A DNA stretch of 64,000 nt from an uncultured Actinomycetes bacterium (GCA_963841415.1 CAWJCN010000001.1:995334-1059333); one strand, 5' to 3'; shown: positions 11,148-20,727, counted from the stretch's first letter. Notes: generated by a model from the sequence alone, not told the origin. Made by a program: numbers and translations.

Positions 11148-12385
11148 CGGAAGCGAACGTGAAGCTGCTGGCGCCGCGCGGTGTGCTCGACGTCGACACC
11201 GGCGACGTGATCGACCACGCGTACGTGCGGATCGAGGGGAAGCACATCGCGGCCGTCGACACCGACCGCAGCATCGGCTCGGACGCCGATGAGGTCATCG
11301 ACCTTCCCGACCTGACGCTGCTGCCCGGTCTCATGGACATGGAGGTCGACCTCGTGCTCGGCGGGCGCGGCGCCGGACTCACCGATCCGGTGATCACCGA
11401 CCCGGTCAAGATGACGCTGCGCGCCGCTGACAACGCCCGGCGCACGCTGCACGCCGGCTTCACGACCGTCCGCAACCTGGGTCTCTTCGTGAAGACCGGC
11501 GGCTACCTCCTCGACGTGGACCTGAGCGAGGCCGTCGAGGCGGGATGGATCGAGGGGCCGCGCATCGTTCCCGCGGGCCATGCCATCTGCCCGACGGGAG
11601 GACACCTCGATCCGAGCGCGCAGAGCGGCGTCGCGCCGCACCTCATGCCGCTCTCGGTCGAGGAGGGGATCGCCGACGGTGTCGACCAGGTCCGCCGGGC
11701 CGTCCGCTACCAGATCAAGCACGGGGCGAAGCTGATCAAGTGCTGCGCGTCGGGCGGTGTCATCGCCTCTCGCGGTCCGTCGGGCGCGCAGCAGTACTCG
11801 GACGACGAGCTCGCCGCGATCGCCGACGAGGCGCATCGTCGCGGACTGCGCGTCGCCGCGCACTGCCACGGTGACAGCGCGGTGAACGCGTGCATCGACG
11901 CCGGCATCGATTGCATCGAGCACGGATTCATGATCACGGAGCCCACCGTCCAGCGCGTCGTGGACACCGGCACCTTCCTCGTCTCCACCACCGCGCTGGC
12001 CGAGGACTGGGACGTGTCGAGTCACCCGCCGGAGATGCAGGCGAAGGCCGCCGACGTCTTCCCCAAGGCCAAGGCATCGTTGTCGCTCGCGATCGAAGCG
12101 GGCGTCAAGATCGCGTCGGGTAGCGACGCACCGGCCGTCTGGCACGGGCGCAACGCGGAGGAGCTGGTGGTGCTGGTCAAGCGGGGCATGACGCCACTCG
12201 GCGCGATCCGCGCCGCCACCGTGGTGAGCGCCGATCTCATCGAGGCACCCGATCTGGGGCGCATCGCGCCGACCATGCGGGCCGACATCGTCGGCGTGCA
12301 CGGCGATCCCCTCGCTGACATCACGACGACGCGCCGGGTCGCGTTCGTCATGAAGGACGGCAAGGTCCACAAGCGCTCGGTGTAG
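11144..12385 (+). CDS. Amidohydrolase-superfamily metal hydrolase (imidazolonepropionase/prolidase-like)
   Basis: GTG 11144 overlaps the TetR stop (GTGA). Patterns include LLPGLMDMEVDL, IKCCASGG, VAAHCHGD, IEHG and ASGSDA. Confidence 0.75.
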   Translation: MTEANVKLLAPRGVLDVDTGDVIDHAYVRIEGKHIAAVDTDRSIGSDADEVIDLPDLTLLPGLMDMEVDLVLGGRGAGLTDPVITDPVKMTLRAADNARRTLHAGFTTVRNLGLFVKTGGYLLDVDLSEAVEAGWIEGPRIVPAGHAICPTGGHLDPSAQSGVAPHLMPLSVEEGIADGVDQVRRAVRYQIKHGAKLIKCCASGGVIASRGPSGAQQYSDDELAAIADEAHRRGLRVAAHCHGDSAVNACIDAGIDCIEHGFMITEPTVQRVVDTGTFLVSTTALAEDWDVSSHPPEMQAKAADVFPKAKASLSLAIEAGVKIASGSDAPAVWHGRNAEELVVLVKRGMTPLGAIRAATVVSADLIEAPDLGRIAPTMRADIVGVHGDPLADITTTRRVAFVMKDGKVHKRSV

Positions 12386-12388
12386 TAA

Positions 12389-13099
12389 CTATGCAGCCAG
12401 CGCGGGCACCAGCGCGGCGAGGATCTTCTCCAGCTCCACTTGCGACGCGTCGCGGCCGGTCTCGAACGCCGACCAGGCGAGCAGGTGCTCGCCGACCCCG
12501 TTCGCCAGGTTGTCCACCACGCACACCGACGCGTACGCGAGCCCGAGCTCGCCCGCGACCACGCACTCCGACGCCATCGTCATGCCCACCACGTCGGCGT
12601 GCTGCGCGAACACGCGGATCTCCGACGCCGTCTCGAGTCGCGGTCCCCCCACCTGCCAGTAGACGCCCCCGTCGTGCAGCGGCACCGGAGTGGTCGCGTG
12701 CCAGGTGTCCAGCACCTGCGCGCGCCATGCGCCGTCGAGACCGGGGACGCGGTGGCCGCGCTCGTCGTCGAACGCACTCGGCAGGGGCGCGAGGGCGATG
12801 AAGTCGTCCGCCAGGAGGAACGACCCCACCGCGATCGAGTCGCGGAGCGCGCCGGTGGAGTTCACCGCGAGCACCCGGTCGCATCCGAGCGCGGCGAGCG
12901 CCTTCACATTGGCGACGTGGTCGACCAGGTGCGGCGGCCTGTAGGAGTCGTGCCCGTGGCGCTGGAGCAGGTAGGCGTCGCCGAGGTCGCGCACCACGAC
13001 GCGGCGCGTGCCGTCGTCGACGGTCAGCTCGGGCGCGCCGGCGCCGTAGCCACCGCCGAGCAGGCCGTTGCCACCGACGACCGCGAGCGCGCCGGTCAC
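12389..13099 (-). CDS. Methylthioadenosine/purine nucleoside phosphorylase family protein
   Basis: GTG 13099 overlaps the upstream stop (GTGA). Patterns include LAVVGGNGL, QRHGHDSYRPPHLVDHVANVKAL, AVNSTGAL and VVGMTMASECVVAGELGLAYASVCVVDN. Confidence 0.75.
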   Translation of the reverse strand: MTGALAVVGGNGLLGGGYGAGAPELTVDDGTRRVVVRDLGDAYLLQRHGHDSYRPPHLVDHVANVKALAALGCDRVLAVNSTGALRDSIAVGSFLLADDFIALAPLPSAFDDERGHRVPGLDGAWRAQVLDTWHATTPVPLHDGGVYWQVGGPRLETASEIRVFAQHADVVGMTMASECVVAGELGLAYASVCVVDNLANGVGEHLLAWSAFETGRDASQVELEKILAALVPALAA

Positions 13100-13695
13100 C
13101 GAGGGGTGACGTCCAGCGCGAAGGCGGACAGCACCGCCACCAGCGCCTCCGCGTGCGCCCGATGGCGCTCGCCCCGCTCCCCCCGTGCGTAGGGGCCGAT
13201 GGCGCGCACCGGGTGCGGCAGCTCCACCTGGACCCCCCGCGCGGCGCCGTTCACCGGGTTGCGAGGGTCGATCCCCCGCAGTCGGCGTGGGATGGCGTCG
13301 AGCTCGTCGACCACCCGATAGTCGGGAAGGGCCGAGCGCAGCCGCGCCCCCAGGGACGACGCCAGCTCGCGGTCGGCGCCGCCGACGAGCAGCGCCGCGT
13401 GCAGGTCGTCGTGGCCCCAATAGCCGTGGACCGAGATCACCACCTCGACGTGGCCGAGGAAGCCGGCGAGCAGCGGCGCGTCGCCGGGATCGTGCTCGTG
13501 CGACGGCACGTGGTGCTTCAGGTCGTCGGGCTGCACGATCACGTACCACGAGGCCCCGGCCCGACGGGCCGCCGCCCGCGCGATCTCCGCGGTGGCCGGT
13601 TCGAGGCCGCCGTGGAGGGCGAGGAAGCCGACCGGCGATGCCAGCACCTGCTCCTCGACCACGTCGGGGTGGGCCAGGAGATCGGCGAACGCCAC
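13096..13695 (-). CDS. Poly-gamma-glutamate hydrolase-like protein (DUF867/UPF0714 family)
   Basis: Patterns LALHGGLEPATAEIA and VVISVHGY. GTG 13695 is preferred over the track start 13752, which would leave only 8 bp to the divergent gene. Confidence 0.6.
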   Translation of the reverse strand: MAFADLLAHPDVVEEQVLASPVGFLALHGGLEPATAEIARAAARRAGASWYVIVQPDDLKHHVPSHEHDPGDAPLLAGFLGHVEVVISVHGYWGHDDLHAALLVGGADRELASSLGARLRSALPDYRVVDELDAIPRRLRGIDPRNPVNGAARGVQVELPHPVRAIGPYARGERGERHRAHAEALVAVLSAFALDVTPR

Positions 13696-13760
13696 GCGAC
13701 GACGGTAGCCCGTCGCCCGGACAGGGAGGTGCCGCAGACGCGTGTGTAGCATCCGCGCCC

Positions 13761-14609
13761 ATGCTGTGGCGGCGTCCCGACGGCGAACTGGTGCGCGACC
13801 TCCCGGCGACCAAGGGAATCGTCCCGTACCTGATGCGCGGCCGCAACGAATCGGCGGTGTACTTCGAACAGCAGGTGGCGATGCGCCACGCGGATTCCTA
13901 CATCCGCGAGTTCAACGTCGCGCACCCCGACACGCCAGTCACGATCCAGCACCTGCTCATGTGGGCGATCGCGCAGATCCTCGACCAGTTCCCCACCATG
14001 AATCGCTTCGTCGTCGGCGGACGCCTGTACCAACGCAACGACATCTGGTTCACCTATTCCGCCAAGCAGAGCCTCAAGGGGAAGTCGCCGCTCATCGTCA
14101 TCAAGCGCCGGTTCGACCCGGCCGAGCCGTTCGACGAGATGGTGCGCGACATGCAGGCGCAGCTGCGCGAAGACCGCTACGGCGGCGAGCTGAGCCCGTC
14201 CGACAAGGAGGCCGCGCTCATCCTGAAATTCCCCGGCGTGGTGCGCCGGATCGTCCTCGCCGCCGGACGCGTCGGCGACGCCTTCGGTCTGCTCCCGAGC
14301 TCGATGATCGAGCACGACCCGCTCTACGCCAGCGTCTTCTTCGCCAACCTGGCCAGCATCGGCATGGACCCGTGCTACCACCACCTCTACGAGTACGGCT
14401 CCATCGGCATCTTCGGTGTGATCGGCCGTCCGGTTCCCGACCCCGGGTCCCCCACCAGCGGCCCCGATCGGCGCCGCACCATGACCCTCCGGTGGACGTT
14501 CGACGAGCGCTGTGAGGACGGCCTGGTCGCTGGGTATGCACTCAAGCGGTGCAAGCAGATGTTGGAGGACCCGCTCGCGGCGGGGCTGCCGGACCCGTCG
14601 GCGCCCTGA
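13761..14609 (+). CDS. 2-oxoacid dehydrogenase E2 catalytic-domain-like (CAT-fold) acyltransferase homolog, no lipoyl domain
   Basis: ATG 13761, 282 aa. The C-terminal MTLRWTFDERCEDGLVAGYALKRCKQMLEDP aligns to the E2 motif ...DHRxxDGa...L..P, but has E where the catalytic H is expected. Confidence 0.65.
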   Translation: MLWRRPDGELVRDLPATKGIVPYLMRGRNESAVYFEQQVAMRHADSYIREFNVAHPDTPVTIQHLLMWAIAQILDQFPTMNRFVVGGRLYQRNDIWFTYSAKQSLKGKSPLIVIKRRFDPAEPFDEMVRDMQAQLREDRYGGELSPSDKEAALILKFPGVVRRIVLAAGRVGDAFGLLPSSMIEHDPLYASVFFANLASIGMDPCYHHLYEYGSIGIFGVIGRPVPDPGSPTSGPDRRRTMTLRWTFDERCEDGLVAGYALKRCKQMLEDPLAAGLPDPSAP

Positions 14610-14671
14610 ACCACCCCTGAAGCCCGTGCAGCGGGGATCCCCCCGAGAGCGACGGTTCCTCGTAGACTCTC

Positions 14672-15946
14672 GTGCCGACCGGTACGCTGACCGGATGCCG
14701 GGGGCTGAGGAGAAGTTGGGGTGAGTCTCGGTTGAGCTTCTTTCGCGACCGCCTCGAAGCGTACCCCCGGCTGGCCGACTACCGGCTCGCCAAGGAGGCG
14801 GGTTACTGGCCGTACTACAAGACGGTCGAGAGCGCTTCGATGCCCCGCTTCACCATCGAGGGCAACGACTACATCAACTTCGGGTCGAACAACTACCTGA
14901 GCCTCTCGTACCACCCACGCGTGATCGAGGCGGCCCAGGAGGCCACCCGCAAGTACGGCACCGGGGTGACCGGTTCCCGCCTCCTCAACGGCACCCTCGA
15001 CCTGCACCGCACGCTCGAGGCCGAGCTGGCCGACTTCTACGGGCGGGAGGCGGCGCTGGTCTTCTCCACCGGCTACGTCGCCAACGTCAGCACGATCAGC
15101 GGCCTGCTCAACCGCCACGACTACGTCGTGCTCGACAAGGACGCCCACAACTCGCTCCTGACCGGGGCGATGCTGTCGGGCGCCACCATGAAGCGGTTCG
15201 GCCACAACGACCTCGACCGGCTGGCCAAGATCCTCGACGACCTGCCGCCCGAGCCGGGCAAGGCTGTCATCGTCGACGGCGTCTACTCGATGGGCGGCGA
15301 CACCGCGCCGCTCGCCGAGATGCTCGAGCTGTGCCGTCGCCACCCGAACACGTTCCTCCTCGACGACGAGGCCCACGGTCTCGGCGTGCTCGGCGCCCGC
15401 GGTCGCGGAGCGGCCGAGCACCACGGCGTGCTCGACTCCGTCGACCTCGTCACCATCACGTTCTCCAAGACGCTCGGTTCCTGCGGTGGTGCGCTCATCG
15501 GGTCGGCCGACGCCATCGAGCTGCTGACCCTCGACGCCGACCCGCTCATCTTCACCGCCTCGAACACGCCGGGTTCGGTCGCGGCGGCGCTCGCCGCGCT
15601 GCGCATCCTGCGCGACGCACCCGAGATGACCTCGCAGCTGCGTGACAACGTCGAACGGCTCGTCCGCCTGCTCACCGAGCGCGGCGTGCCCGTCAACCCG
15701 GCGGAGAGCGCGATCATCACGATCCCGCTGCGACAGCGCGACGAGGTGTCCGCCGTGGTGCTCGCCCGCGAGCTCCTCGATGCCGGCGTGTTCGTGAACC
15801 CCGTGGTCGCCCCGGCGGTGCCCCGCGGCCTCGGCCTGATCCGGCTCAGCCTCATGCTCGACCACACGCCGGCGCTCCTCGAAGAGGCCGCGGAGTCGAT
15901 CTACAAGGTGCTCAACGACGCCGACCAGCTTCCCGAGGACGCCTGA
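14672..15946 (+). CDS. Alpha-oxoamine synthase family PLP enzyme (8-amino-7-oxononanoate synthase / serine palmitoyltransferase-like)
   Basis: Patterns FGSNNYLSLSYHP, VFSTGYVAN, DEAHGLGVLG and TFSKTLGSCGG (PLP lysine). The start could instead be TTG 14732 (LSFFRDRLE...). Confidence 0.8.
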   Translation: MPTGTLTGCRGLRRSWGESRLSFFRDRLEAYPRLADYRLAKEAGYWPYYKTVESASMPRFTIEGNDYINFGSNNYLSLSYHPRVIEAAQEATRKYGTGVTGSRLLNGTLDLHRTLEAELADFYGREAALVFSTGYVANVSTISGLLNRHDYVVLDKDAHNSLLTGAMLSGATMKRFGHNDLDRLAKILDDLPPEPGKAVIVDGVYSMGGDTAPLAEMLELCRRHPNTFLLDDEAHGLGVLGARGRGAAEHHGVLDSVDLVTITFSKTLGSCGGALIGSADAIELLTLDADPLIFTASNTPGSVAAALAALRILRDAPEMTSQLRDNVERLVRLLTERGVPVNPAESAIITIPLRQRDEVSAVVLARELLDAGVFVNPVVAPAVPRGLGLIRLSLMLDHTPALLEEAAESIYKVLNDADQLPEDA

Positions 15947-15955
15947 CCCGACACT

Positions 15956-16702
15956 TCAGGCGGTCTCGCGGGCGAACTGCTCCTCCCACGCTCGGTGCCG
16001 GCGTTTGGCGTCCTGGATGAACGGTGACCAGCCGATGGCCTTGATCACCGCCGCGTTGATCGACCGCATGGGTTGACGAAGGGGGCGGACGACGTCGACG
16101 AAGAGCACCACCCGGGTCTCGTCGGTGTCGTTCCAGGCCGCGTGCTCGTAGGTGTCGTCGAACACGAGGCTGGCGCCTTCGCTCCACCCGCGTGTCTCGT
16201 CGCCGACGCGGATGCCGACCCGCTCGACCGGCGCGTCGGGCACGATCAGACCCAGGTGGTAGCGCAGCACCCCCTTGTACGGCCCGTCGTGGGGCGGGAT
16301 GCGCTTCCCCGGCGCGAGGATCGAGAACATCGCGGTCTCCATGCCGGGGATGGCCTCGATGAGCCGGGTCGTCTCCGGGCAGCGGGCGCAGTTGGCGTCG
16401 CTGCGGAACCCGTAGCCGTAGAAGAAGTAGGTCTTCCAACGGTCGTCGTCGGTGAGCTGGTACTGGTCGGTGCTGATGTCCTGGAAGTTGGGCAGCGCTT
16501 CCCGGTGCGCGAGCACCGCGTCGAGCTCGGTGCGGATCGCCTTCCATCGTGCCTCGATCGGCGCGATCCAGCAGAAGTCGGTGGGCTCGTAGAAAGGCTG
16601 GAGCGGGAGCTCCGACTGACTGCCGATCGCTCGGTTCACGCCCTTCAGCAGCTTGTCGCCGAACGCGTTCGTGACGTCGTAGATCTGCTCCCTCGCACCC
16701 AC
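15956..16702 (-). CDS. Aspartyl/asparaginyl beta-hydroxylase family (LpxO/OlsC-like) 2OG-Fe(II) oxygenase
   Basis: GTG 16702. Patterns WKTYFFYGYG, ILAPGKRIPPHDGPYKGVLRYHLGLIVP and FDDTYEHAAWN. The upstream part of ORF 15956..17647 is antisense to the LLM gene. Confidence 0.75.
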   Translation of the reverse strand: MGAREQIYDVTNAFGDKLLKGVNRAIGSQSELPLQPFYEPTDFCWIAPIEARWKAIRTELDAVLAHREALPNFQDISTDQYQLTDDDRWKTYFFYGYGFRSDANCARCPETTRLIEAIPGMETAMFSILAPGKRIPPHDGPYKGVLRYHLGLIVPDAPVERVGIRVGDETRGWSEGASLVFDDTYEHAAWNDTDETRVVLFVDVVRPLRQPMRSINAAVIKAIGWSPFIQDAKRRHRAWEEQFARETA

Positions 16703-16756
16703 GCCGTGAGCGTACTCAGCGTCCCGCTCGACGAAGGACTGCGCTAGAACCCAGGG

Positions 16757-17689
16757 ATGCGCTTCCGGATCTTCACCGAACCCCAAGAGGGCGCCACCTA
16801 CGACGACCAGCTCGCGGTGGCCCGTCTCGCCGAGGAGCTGGGCTTCGACGCCTACGTCCGCTCCGACCACTACATCAGCTTCACCTTCGGTTCCGGGATG
16901 CCCGGCCCGACCGACGCGTGGACGACGCTGGCCGGCCTCGCCCGCGACACCACGCGCCTGCGCCTCGGCACGCTGGTGTCGCCGGTGACGTTCCGCCTGC
17001 CGGGTCCGCTCGCCATCGCGGTGGCGCAGATCGACGCCATGAGCAACGGCCGCGTCGAGCTCGGTCTCGGCGCGGGATGGAACGACCGTGAGCATGCGGC
17101 CTACGGGATCCCGTTCCCGCCGACCGGCGAGCGCTTCGATCAACTCGAGGACCAGCTCGCGATCATCACCGGCCTCTGGTCCACGCCCGTGGGCGAGCAC
17201 TTCTCGTACACCGGCTCGCAGTACTCGATCGACGACTCCCCTGCGCTGCCCAAGCCGGTGCAGCAGCCGGGTCCGCCGATCGTCATCGGTGGCTTCGGCG
17301 CCAAGCGCACGCCGCGCCTCGCGGCACGCTACGCGACCGAGTTCAACGTGGCCTTCGCGCAGCCGGACGCGTACCCCGAGATCGTCGGCCGCGTCGCGGC
17401 GGCGTGCGAGGCGATCGGGCGCGACCCGGCGTCGCTGCCGACGAGCATCGCGAACACGGTGGTGTGCGGCCGCGACGAGGCCGAGCTGGCGCGTCGCGCG
17501 GCCAGCATCGGGCGTGACGTCGCCACCGCGCGGCTCGCCCACCTCGCCGGCACGCCCGCCGAGGTGATCGACCGGATCGGCGAGTACGCCGGGCACGGCG
17601 CCACCACCGTGTACTTCCAGGTCCTCGACCTGCATGATCTCGACCACCTGCGCCTGCTCGCCGAGGAGGTCGTCCCCGCGTTCGCGTGA
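16757..17689 (+). CDS. LLM-class F420-dependent oxidoreductase
   Basis: 310 aa with MRFRIFTEPQEGATYDD, RSDHY, VELGLGAGWNDREH and PPIVIGGFG. This is typical of the F420-dependent LLM subfamily. Confidence 0.8.
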   Translation: MRFRIFTEPQEGATYDDQLAVARLAEELGFDAYVRSDHYISFTFGSGMPGPTDAWTTLAGLARDTTRLRLGTLVSPVTFRLPGPLAIAVAQIDAMSNGRVELGLGAGWNDREHAAYGIPFPPTGERFDQLEDQLAIITGLWSTPVGEHFSYTGSQYSIDDSPALPKPVQQPGPPIVIGGFGAKRTPRLAARYATEFNVAFAQPDAYPEIVGRVAAACEAIGRDPASLPTSIANTVVCGRDEAELARRAASIGRDVATARLAHLAGTPAEVIDRIGEYAGHGATTVYFQVLDLHDLDHLRLLAEEVVPAFA

Positions 17690-17705
17690 GGCGGGCGGCT
17701 GAACG

Positions 17706-18275
17706 TCACCCGATCCCGACGTCCTCGTTGAACGAGTGCAACGAGGGGCCCCACGGACCGATCGCGACGCGCGCGATCGACGCCACCCGCACGAACATCC
17801 GCCAGCTCACTTCGTCGCCGGTGCCCAAGGCCCAGCCGATGGCAGCCTTGATGGGCGACACGTGGCTCACCACCACGACGTCGCGGTCACGAGCCTCCTC
17901 GAGCATGTCCTCGCACGCGCCCCGCACGCGGTTCCCGAGCATCACCAACGACTCGCCGCCGGCAGGCACGAAGTGGGGGTCGGCACGCCAGTCCCGCCAC
18001 ACGTCGGCAGGCACCTCGGCGACCGGTCGGCCGTCGTAGTCGCCGTAGTCGAGCTCGATCCACCGGTCGTCGACGTCCACCGGACGCCCGAACGCGGTCG
18101 CCGTCTCCCGAGTGCGCAGCAGTGGGCTCGACACGACCCGTGCGTCGGCCGGGATCCGGGCGGCGAGCGCGTCGGCCTGGCGGCGACCGAGGTCGGAGAG
18201 CGGCGGGTCGGCGCGGCCCAGCAGCAGCCCGCGCGCGTTGGCGTCCGTCTGTCCGTGACGCACGAGCACGAGCAC
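17706..18275 (-). CDS. Histidine phosphatase (phosphoglycerate mutase family)
   Basis: GTG start. It has the VLVLVRHGQTDAN catalytic RHG motif, LRTRETA and VVVSHVSPI. Confidence 0.8.
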   Translation of the reverse strand: MLVLVRHGQTDANARGLLLGRADPPLSDLGRRQADALAARIPADARVVSSPLLRTRETATAFGRPVDVDDRWIELDYGDYDGRPVAEVPADVWRDWRADPHFVPAGGESLVMLGNRVRGACEDMLEEARDRDVVVVSHVSPIKAAIGWALGTGDEVSWRMFVRVASIARVAIGPWGPSLHSFNEDVGIG

Positions 18276-18343
18276 CGGTCGACGTTATCCCCCGGCGCGC
18301 GGGGCGACGACCACCACGCTGGTCTCGCTCCTATCGTGCACCC

Positions 18344-19042
18344 GTGTTGCGGCGTGCGTCCTTCGTGGTGGCAGTGGTGGTCGCGCTGGTCGCGGGTTCG
18401 GGGATCCCCGCCGCGACGGCGCGTCGCGCCACGGCCCACCGTCCTGATCCGGTGTTGCTGGTGCACGGCTTCAACGGGTCGAGCGGGGGGTGGCACGCGC
18501 TCGTGGCGTCGCTGGAAGCGCGGGGCTACCGGACGTCGGAGATCGACGCCATCGACTACCCGAGCGACGAGTCGAACGTCGACGTGGCGCGGCAGATCGC
18601 CCGGGACGCCGACGCGCTGCGCGCCCGCACCGGCGCCACCCGCATCGACCTGGTGAGCCACTCGATGGGTGCGATCTCGTCGCGCTACTACCTCGAACGC
18701 CTCGGCGGCGCCGCGCACGTCGACGCCTGGGTCTCGCTCGCCGGCGTCAACGAGGGCACGGTGTGGGCGTACGGCTGCTACGTGCTCACCCCGTGCCGCG
18801 AGATGGTGCCGACGTCCTCGGTGCTCGGCCAGCTCAACGACGACTTCCACCCGACCGCCACGACACGGTACGGCGCGTGGTGGTCGCCGTGTGACGACGC
18901 GATCATCCCCCGGCACAACGCCGAGCTCGCCGGCGCGCGCAACGTGGAGACCGCGTGCCTCGGGCACTCGGAGGTCCGTACGGATCCCCGGGTCGTCGCG
19001 CAGGTCGTTCGCTTCCTGGGGCAACCGACGATCGGGTCCTGA
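18344..19042 (+). CDS. Secreted alpha/beta-hydrolase lipase/esterase (class 2 lipase-like)
   Basis: GTG 18344 opens a signal-like N-terminus, VLRRASFVVAVVVALVAGSG. It has LVHGFNGS and the nucleophile elbow VSHSMG. Confidence 0.75.
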   Translation: MLRRASFVVAVVVALVAGSGIPAATARRATAHRPDPVLLVHGFNGSSGGWHALVASLEARGYRTSEIDAIDYPSDESNVDVARQIARDADALRARTGATRIDLVSHSMGAISSRYYLERLGGAAHVDAWVSLAGVNEGTVWAYGCYVLTPCREMVPTSSVLGQLNDDFHPTATTRYGAWWSPCDDAIIPRHNAELAGARNVETACLGHSEVRTDPRVVAQVVRFLGQPTIGS

Positions 19043-19225
19043 TCGTCGGTTGACTCGCGGCGCGCACCAACGGTTGCGCAGCGGACGCGGTGAGAGTGCC
19101 TCCGGCCCGTGTCAACACCACCCGCGGGCAGGTCTCGAGGGCATCGAACGGACCGGAGGCGACCGTTGAATCGACCGGCCCCCCGTGTGCGTTACACGAA
19201 AACGCCGAACGGGTACCGATGTCAC

Positions 19226-20707
19226 ATGCGGCGCGAGCACGCCTCCCGGTTACTCGCGGCCCGTCCAGTGCGCTCGCTGCCCGAGGCGGTCGACGGCGGC
19301 GCCGGCGAGGCGCTGCGCGCCGCACAGGCCGTGGACTCGCAAGCGGTGATCGACGTCGTGGACGCCGCCGGGCTCCGCGGCCGCGGTGGCGCCGGGTTCC
19401 CGACCGCCCGGAAGTGGCGCACCGTCGCCGCCAACTGCACTCCCGTCCTGCCCGCCACCGTCGTCGTGAACGCGGCCGAGGGCGAACCCGGTTCGTTCAA
19501 GGACCGCGCCCTCCTGCGCGCCGATCCCTACCGCGTGCTGGAAGGTGCCCTCGTCGCCGCCCACGCGGTGGGCGCCGACTCGGTGATCGTGGCCACCAAG
19601 GCGACGTTCACCACCGAGATCGATCGCATCCGCCGCGCGATCGCGGAGCTCGACGCCGCGGGCTGGACCCGCGACGTCCCCGTCACGCTGTTCGCCGGAC
19701 CCAGCGAGTACCTCTACGGCGAGGAGACCGGGCTGCTCGAGGCGATCGACGGCCGCCCCCCGTTTCCCCGCATCGCCCCGCCCTACCGCGAGGGCGTCGA
19801 CGAGATGCTCGACTCCGACGCCGATCCGAGCACCGACACTTCGTCGGCCGCGCACGTCGAGTTCGCGGGTCCCACACACGAATCGGCGGCGCCGCCGACG
19901 TTGGCCGGCAACACCGAGACCTTCGCCAACGTGCCGGGCATCATCCGCTTCGGCGCCGACTGGTTCCGCGCCGTGGGCACCGAGGAGTCGCCGGGCACGG
20001 TGGTGTGCACGGTGAGCGGCGACGTCGCCCGCCACGGTGTCGCCGAGATCGAGCTCGGTACGCCGCTGCGCGAGGTGCTCGACGAGGTCGGAGGCGGCCC
20101 GCGGCCCGGCCACGAGATCGTCGCCGTGATGTCGGGCGTCGCCAACGCGCTGCTTCCCGCCGCCGCGCTCGACACCCCCGTGAGCTACGAGGCGATGCGT
20201 GCCGCCGGCAGCGGCCTCGGCGCGGCGGGGTTCATCGTGTTCGACGACACGACGGATCTCGTCGCCGTCGCGGCCGGGGTGGCGCGCTTCCTCGCCGTCG
20301 AGTCGTGCGGCCAGTGCCGCCACTGCAAGGACGACGGTCTGGTGCTGGCCGACCTGCTCGCCCGCCTCACCGCCTCGACTGCGCGCGCGCAGGAGTTCGA
20401 CCAGATCGCGACGCGGCTCGACCTGGTCGCCGAGGGTGCGCGCTGCAACCTCGCGACCCAGCAGCAGGTGGTGGTCGGCAGCGTGCTGCAAGGCTTCCCC
20501 GGTCTCGTGCGTGCGCACGCTCGCGGCGACGCGCCGGCCGCGGCAGCGGTGCCGATCGCGCCGATCGTCGATCTCGTCGACGGCCGGGCCATCCTCGACG
20601 ACGCCCAGCGGACCAAGCAGCCCGACTGGACGCACGATCCCGTCGATTCCGGTCAGTGGCCCGCGGACCGCCTCGACGACCGCCGGCGCGCGGTCGGTGC
20701 CGACTGA
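19226..20707 (+). CDS. NuoF-like (51-kDa NADH dehydrogenase family) FMN/4Fe-4S flavoprotein, stand-alone
   Basis: ATG 19226. Patterns LRGRGGAGFPTARKW, EYLYGEETGLLEAIDG and ESCGQCRHCKDDG. No other nuo genes are nearby. Confidence 0.75.
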   Translation: MRREHASRLLAARPVRSLPEAVDGGAGEALRAAQAVDSQAVIDVVDAAGLRGRGGAGFPTARKWRTVAANCTPVLPATVVVNAAEGEPGSFKDRALLRADPYRVLEGALVAAHAVGADSVIVATKATFTTEIDRIRRAIAELDAAGWTRDVPVTLFAGPSEYLYGEETGLLEAIDGRPPFPRIAPPYREGVDEMLDSDADPSTDTSSAAHVEFAGPTHESAAPPTLAGNTETFANVPGIIRFGADWFRAVGTEESPGTVVCTVSGDVARHGVAEIELGTPLREVLDEVGGGPRPGHEIVAVMSGVANALLPAAALDTPVSYEAMRAAGSGLGAAGFIVFDDTTDLVAVAAGVARFLAVESCGQCRHCKDDGLVLADLLARLTASTARAQEFDQIATRLDLVAEGARCNLATQQQVVVGSVLQGFPGLVRAHARGDAPAAAAVPIAPIVDLVDGRAILDDAQRTKQPDWTHDPVDSGQWPADRLDDRRRAVGAD

Positions 20708-20727
20708 CCACGGCGAAGGGAGTCACG

